Positions 57,989 through 64,000 of a stretch of DNA of 64,000 bases are shown piece after piece. Below the pieces are notes generated by a model. That model worked only from the letters and a program-made list of their open reading frames with translations. It had not been told where the DNA came from and did not search any database. Position 1 is the first letter of the stretch; every line of letters begins with the position of its first letter. The translations under genes were made by a program, and so were the position numbers. The DNA is from the human T2T-CHM13v2.0 reference genome, Homo sapiens. The DNA lies in the NCBI RefSeq assembly GCF_009914755.1, contig NC_060935.1. One strand, written 5' to 3'.

Positions 57989-58737
57989 GGTTTCTTATTT
58001 TTCTAGTAACATATAGTTTCATTTGTTGCATTTAGATATTGGATGGATTTGCAGTTTATTTCTTTACATGATCTTCATTTTGGAATCAGTGTTGTCATTT
58101 TTAAATGGCTAACCAGTTGTTCCAATCTACTTATTGAAAAAACGATTTGGACGCCACCTTCATAATGCAGTAAATTTCCAAATATACTTGGGCCAATTTG
58201 AGGGACTTCCACTTTAATGTCTGTCTGTCTGTTCATGTACCAGTTTAACACTGTTTCACCTAAAGAGGATTTATGATACCATAGTCTATAGATGCTTTTT
58301 CTCAGTCAAGAATAGGTATTCAATTTTGTTAAAGCTTTTTAAGTATCCATCATATGATTTTTCTTCTTAGATATATTAAGATGACAAATTATAGTTATGG
58401 TTTTTAAAAAATTAAACCATCCTAACATTTCTGGAATAAATCCCCCTCAATCCTAGTGAATTATTTTTCATGCGGTATTGGATTATATTTGCTAATATTT
58501 TATTGAAAAAAATTGCTATTGATAGTCATAAGTAAAATATGAAGTAAAACTGTAAAGTGAAATATAAACATAAAGTAAAATATAAAGTGAAAACTTTATA
58601 GAATTATCTTTTTTGCTTTTAGAAAAGTTACTTCATGTTGAGAATAACTTTTTTGACAATTTGATAGATGTCTTCTATGAAATTTTTGAGTCCTTTTTTT
58701 GTTTTGATATATTCTTCAATAACTTTCTTTATTATAA

Positions 58738-59086
<349 letters not shown>

Positions 59087-59093
59087 CAATCTA

Positions 59094-59404
<311 letters not shown>

Positions 59405-59414
59405 TAACTCAATA

Positions 59415-60400
59415 AAGCATAGCGGTTAAGAGCATACACTCTGGTATTAAATTTGGCTTTAGTTAAAATCTTAGTTTAAACTCCCACTATATGATCTTGA
59501 GAAATTTAATTTACTCCTTACACTTCAGTTTCTAGATCTATGTATTACCTAACTTACAAAGTTTTTGTGGGAACAAATTAATCAATATGTAGGCACCAGC
59601 ACATAATAAGTGCTCAATAAGTATTAGCTATTGTTATTCTTATCATTCACTCATTTATTCATCAATTCATTAAACATGTCAAAACAGCGTTGAGAAACTG
59701 AAAATGCCAGATATTGTGTTTGATGCTGATGCTACAAACGTGAGTGACATAGATCATATTCTAAAGATAAGATCACACTATAAAGAGAAAGCCAGACAAA
59801 TGTGGTGAATCAGGAGAGGTACAAAGAGAGACCAGAAAGAAAACTAAACTTTGATTATCATTTCATGTGGAGCAAATGACATATTTGAGGGCCCGGAAGT
59901 ATTTAATATTTCAGGAAATCACCTGGTCTGAGCATGTGTACTGAAAGGGTATGCAAGTGCTAGATGTTGAAGGGCCTTTTAAATCACATCATAGAGTTTG
60001 AACTTTATCTCTGCAGTGATGGGCAATAATTAAGCATGTAAAACAATGTCGAGTTATGATCTGATTTGTGTTCATGAGAGATTATTTTGTCAGCAATGTG
60101 GAGAATGGGTGGGAAGAGGAAAGACAAATTAACCAGCAGAAGAAACAGTTGTCAAACTTTAAAATACACAAGAATTATCTGGGGAACTTGTGTAGTAGTA
60201 TAAATTGTCAAGCCCTATTCTCAAAGATTTCTAATTAGCAGGGCTAGTGTAAGACCCTGAATAAGAATTTTCAAGGAATTTTGCTGCTAATGGTGGCTGA
60301 TGGTTGTCATACACTGAAATAGAAGGCCATTGTTATTGTCCAGATAAGAGATATTTAAACTGCTGTATAGCAGAAGCGGTAGGGATGGAGATCAGAAATA
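59415..60400. mobile_element. MIR (plus), L2 (minus) and MER5-like fragments
   Basis: GCACATAATAAGTGCTCAATAAG; CATTCACTCATTTATTCATC; TTGTCAAACTTTAA..TACACAAGAATTATCTGGGGAACTTG. Confidence 0.6.
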
Positions 60401-60448
60401 ATTATGTCTATATCTATGTATATCCATTTAGCTATCTATGTGCATGTG

Positions 60449-60787
60449 TGTTATGGACTCCAGATTTGTGTCCCTTCAAGATTCATATGTTGAAATCCTA
60501 ACCCCTAGTGGGATAGTATTTGAATGTGAGGCCTCAGGGAGGTAATTAGGTTATGAGGACAGAGACCCTATGATGGGATTAATGTCCTTATTAAAACAAG
60601 AAGAAAGTCAGCTAGGATACATAGAGAAGATGGCTATCTGCAAACCAGGAAGAGAGCCCTTGTCAGAACCCAGCCATGCTGGTACCTTGATCTTGAACTT
60701 CCCAGCCTCCAGAACTATGAGACATGAAAGTTGTTTAAACCACCCAGTCTATGGTATTCTGTTATAGCGGTCCAAACTAAGGATACA
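60449..60787 (+). mobile_element. MaLR MLT1A-type solo LTR
   Basis: TGTTATGGAC...ATTCATATGTTGAAATCCTAACCCC...CTTGATCTTGAACTTCCCAGCCTCCAGAACT. Confidence 0.82.
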
Positions 60788-61029
60788 CACACACACACCA
60801 AAATTTTTGGTCAAACTTATGCTTTAATAAATTCTATAAATTTACAAACAACATATCTTGTTAGTTTAATTATTTACATTTCTTCTACACTTTTTTTGGG
60901 GAAATTTTAGTACATCCTTAAATTCAAGTTTTGTTTCAGTCTTAGAACAAAAACTGCTGACAGCACAGTTTAGCTGCCAGGAAGATTGTGGAAGGAGAAG
61001 ATTAAAATCAAATACAAAGAGGGAACTAA

Positions 61030-62030
61030 TGTTATCAATACCAAAACCAAAAGGAATATAAAATAAGATAAGATTTGCAGAAGATGAGCTATCTTCCTGT
61101 TGTAGTGAGTTTAAAGTTTTTCTGAGCCATCTGGGAAGCCTTCAGTGGCATTAAGGATCTAGATCTAGATCTCAGAGAATAGATTCAGGCTGGGGATAAT
61201 ATTCAGGCACCATCAGCATATTCGTAGTGCCAGCTGAAGCCAGAAGAGTGGACAACACTGCCCAGGGAAACTGATAGAGTGAGAAGAGAAGACGACTCAG
61301 GAAAGAATTTTGTGAAAGCATCAGAGGCAGAAAGGGGAAAATAATTTGTCAAGAGGCTAAGTAAAGCTATATTAAGGCTTAAAAAACGTAAATAGAAGAA
61401 GTGTTACTGTGTAAACCATGAGAGCAATGGAATTTGAAGAGATAAAATGATGGTGGAGGGTGTCAGATGCCTCAGGCAGGTCTGTAAATAAAAGAGAGTT
61501 CAGAAAATGCAAGCCGAAGATGCTCCAGGGATATGAATAAGCTCCAGTGGCTGCTGCTGAGTTTCAGTGAGATCAGTTGCACTGCAGTGCTGAGAGCAAC
61601 AGCCAGGTTCTCATAGTACATGAGCGAAGCAATGTAAGCAAGGGAAGGCAGCATATAGAAACAAACAATTGCTTTGAATTGCTGCAGAACAGAGGGAGGA
61701 AATGGGGCGAAACCTCAGGAGGGATGTGGCATGTTTTCTAAGATAGGAGATACCTGAACCTATTCTGTAAGCAGACAAGGGTCTGCTCGGGAAGAAGAGA
61801 GTAAGGGAATAATCATAAAGATAGCATTATGTAAAACCTAGGGAGGGGATAGGACCTCTTGTATTCTGAAACTGCATGAAGAAAGAAAGCAGGTACGTGA
61901 GCACAGATTTGTTTGGAGATTAGGGTTCTGTGAAGTAGAGCGAGTTGATGCCTGACATTCTCCATTCTTTTTTTTGCAATAAAGTGAAGAGGGTTGTCTG
62001 CTGAGAGTAAAAGGATTAAAGCCTTTAAAG
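61030..62030 (-). mobile_element. L2 fragment
   Basis: GAGCTATCTTCC..TTGTAGTGAGTT, GGCACCATCAGCATA, GGGTTGTCTGCTGAGAGT. Confidence 0.55.
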
Positions 62031-63466
62031 GCACTAAGTGTTGATAATATTACGGTGCATGCTCTTACTCCACTGTATTTAACTCTCCGGGGGAGGGGGG
62101 GTGAAGAAAATCTGATTTATCTTAAAATAATACAAACCTATAACATGTGACGAGATTAAAGTAGACAGATTTTCTGATTGTTTCTCTTCTTTATTGATGC
62201 TGCTGCTGTGGTAAGCATGTGCTTAGCTTGCCTTTGAGTCATTCAGCAATAAAAAGTTTGAGAAAAGCCACTAAGGTCTGGAACAGCTGCATTTAGGAAT
62301 GGAAGAGCAGAGGAAAGAACATGCAAAGTTCCTGCAGAAGGCCTTGATAAAGTTTGCAACTGAAACATTTTTGTGACTCCAATCCTCGTGGCTCTGTGAC
62401 TTGCCTCCAATTGCTGTTGGCAGCCCTTACGTGTACATAGCCATGGGAAAGGCTGCAGTGGGGGCCGCAGAGCCATTGGCTCAGGCCTCACTTTGTGGGA
62501 TCATCTTATTCTGGTACAGTTTGAGTTTCTGCAAGTCACCAAGGCCTTAGCTAGACACTCAGAGAGGATGAAACTGTGCTCGTGCTAAGTAATGGATTTA
62601 ATTAAGTTTTTGTGCTTCCTCTGAGCCCTGTTTCAAAAATTTTACATGTATTAACTAATTCAGTATTCCTCACAACCCTACGAGACAGGCACTAATATTA
62701 GCTTAATAAGTAATTTGCCCATGGCTAAGACTACTAAATGGCAGGGTTAGGATTTAAACCTAGCCATTGTCCCTTTCCTTGTTACAGTGAGAAATAACTA
62801 GGAAGATATGAACTAGTGTTTGACAATTAAAACCCGTTTCAGTAAAGAAACGTATGTGGGAGAAAGGGTGAGGTGGGGAGAAGGGGACATTCTATAGTAG
62901 CAAGAATCTCAGCTTTGACATTGTTCTTAAAATGAAGAAAACAAGTCATCTTAGTTCATAGGCAGAGGTAAGTTTTCAAGGTCCAGTCATGCTAATTTCT
63001 CCTTGTAAAAAAAAATCAATAAAACTATTAAATGAGTGTTTAGTGTTTAATAATTTTGAATTAATGCCCTGTGACCACTTCTTGGTGTTCAATGGCCCTG
63101 ACAGTTTGGGTGACTAGCTGGGGAACTGTGACTGCATGTTAGGGTTAGGTACATGCTTCATGCATGGGAGAAAGTTCAACTGTCCCTAAAAGCAGTCCCA
63201 TAAGTATGCTGCAGAAAATTTCACCAGTTTGACCACTCAGGTATCCATTATTCTTTTGCTTATGTTTAGTAAACTGGAAAGAAGAAAGAAGGCAAACTTG
63301 GAGAAAAATTAAAAAGCAAATGGAAACTTACATAGATTTCTTATAGAAAAAGAAGGAAAGCATCAGAAGAGCAACAGTGGGAATGATTCTCCCCGCTCTC
63401 GTTTGCCTCCCCAGCCTCCCCAGCAACGCATAGGTCCATTTTGATTATACCAGATATTCTGATTGA

Positions 63467-63810
<344 letters not shown>

Positions 63811-63833
63811 CTGTAGGATACTTTTAATAGTGA

Positions 63834-64000
<167 letters not shown>

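Overview
Primate (most likely human) AT-rich, repeat-dense, non-coding DNA (intergenic or deep intronic). I can support no intact protein-coding gene, CpG island or functional RNA gene. The ORF track is explained by L1 ORF2 remnants, Alu read-through and chance ORFs. The window holds about 14 Alus, a 5'-truncated L1PA, several old L1M blocks, many solo ERV1/MaLR/ERVL LTRs (often nested, with readable TSDs), L2/MIR and hAT/mariner relics. Three unusual L1-machinery products stand out. (1) At 57.6-58.0 kb, a TSD-flanked polyadenylated non-repeat insert begins with an inverted copy of the 119 bp upstream of its own endonuclease nick, creating a perfect 119-bp-arm palindrome. (2) At 28.87 kb, a tailless 5'-half tRNA-Met retropseudogene has a 15-bp TSD. 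(3) At 16.04 kb, a probable older orphan poly(A) insert interrupts a hAT relic. Repeat subfamily names come from my recall of consensus sequences, and boundaries of old elements are approximate.
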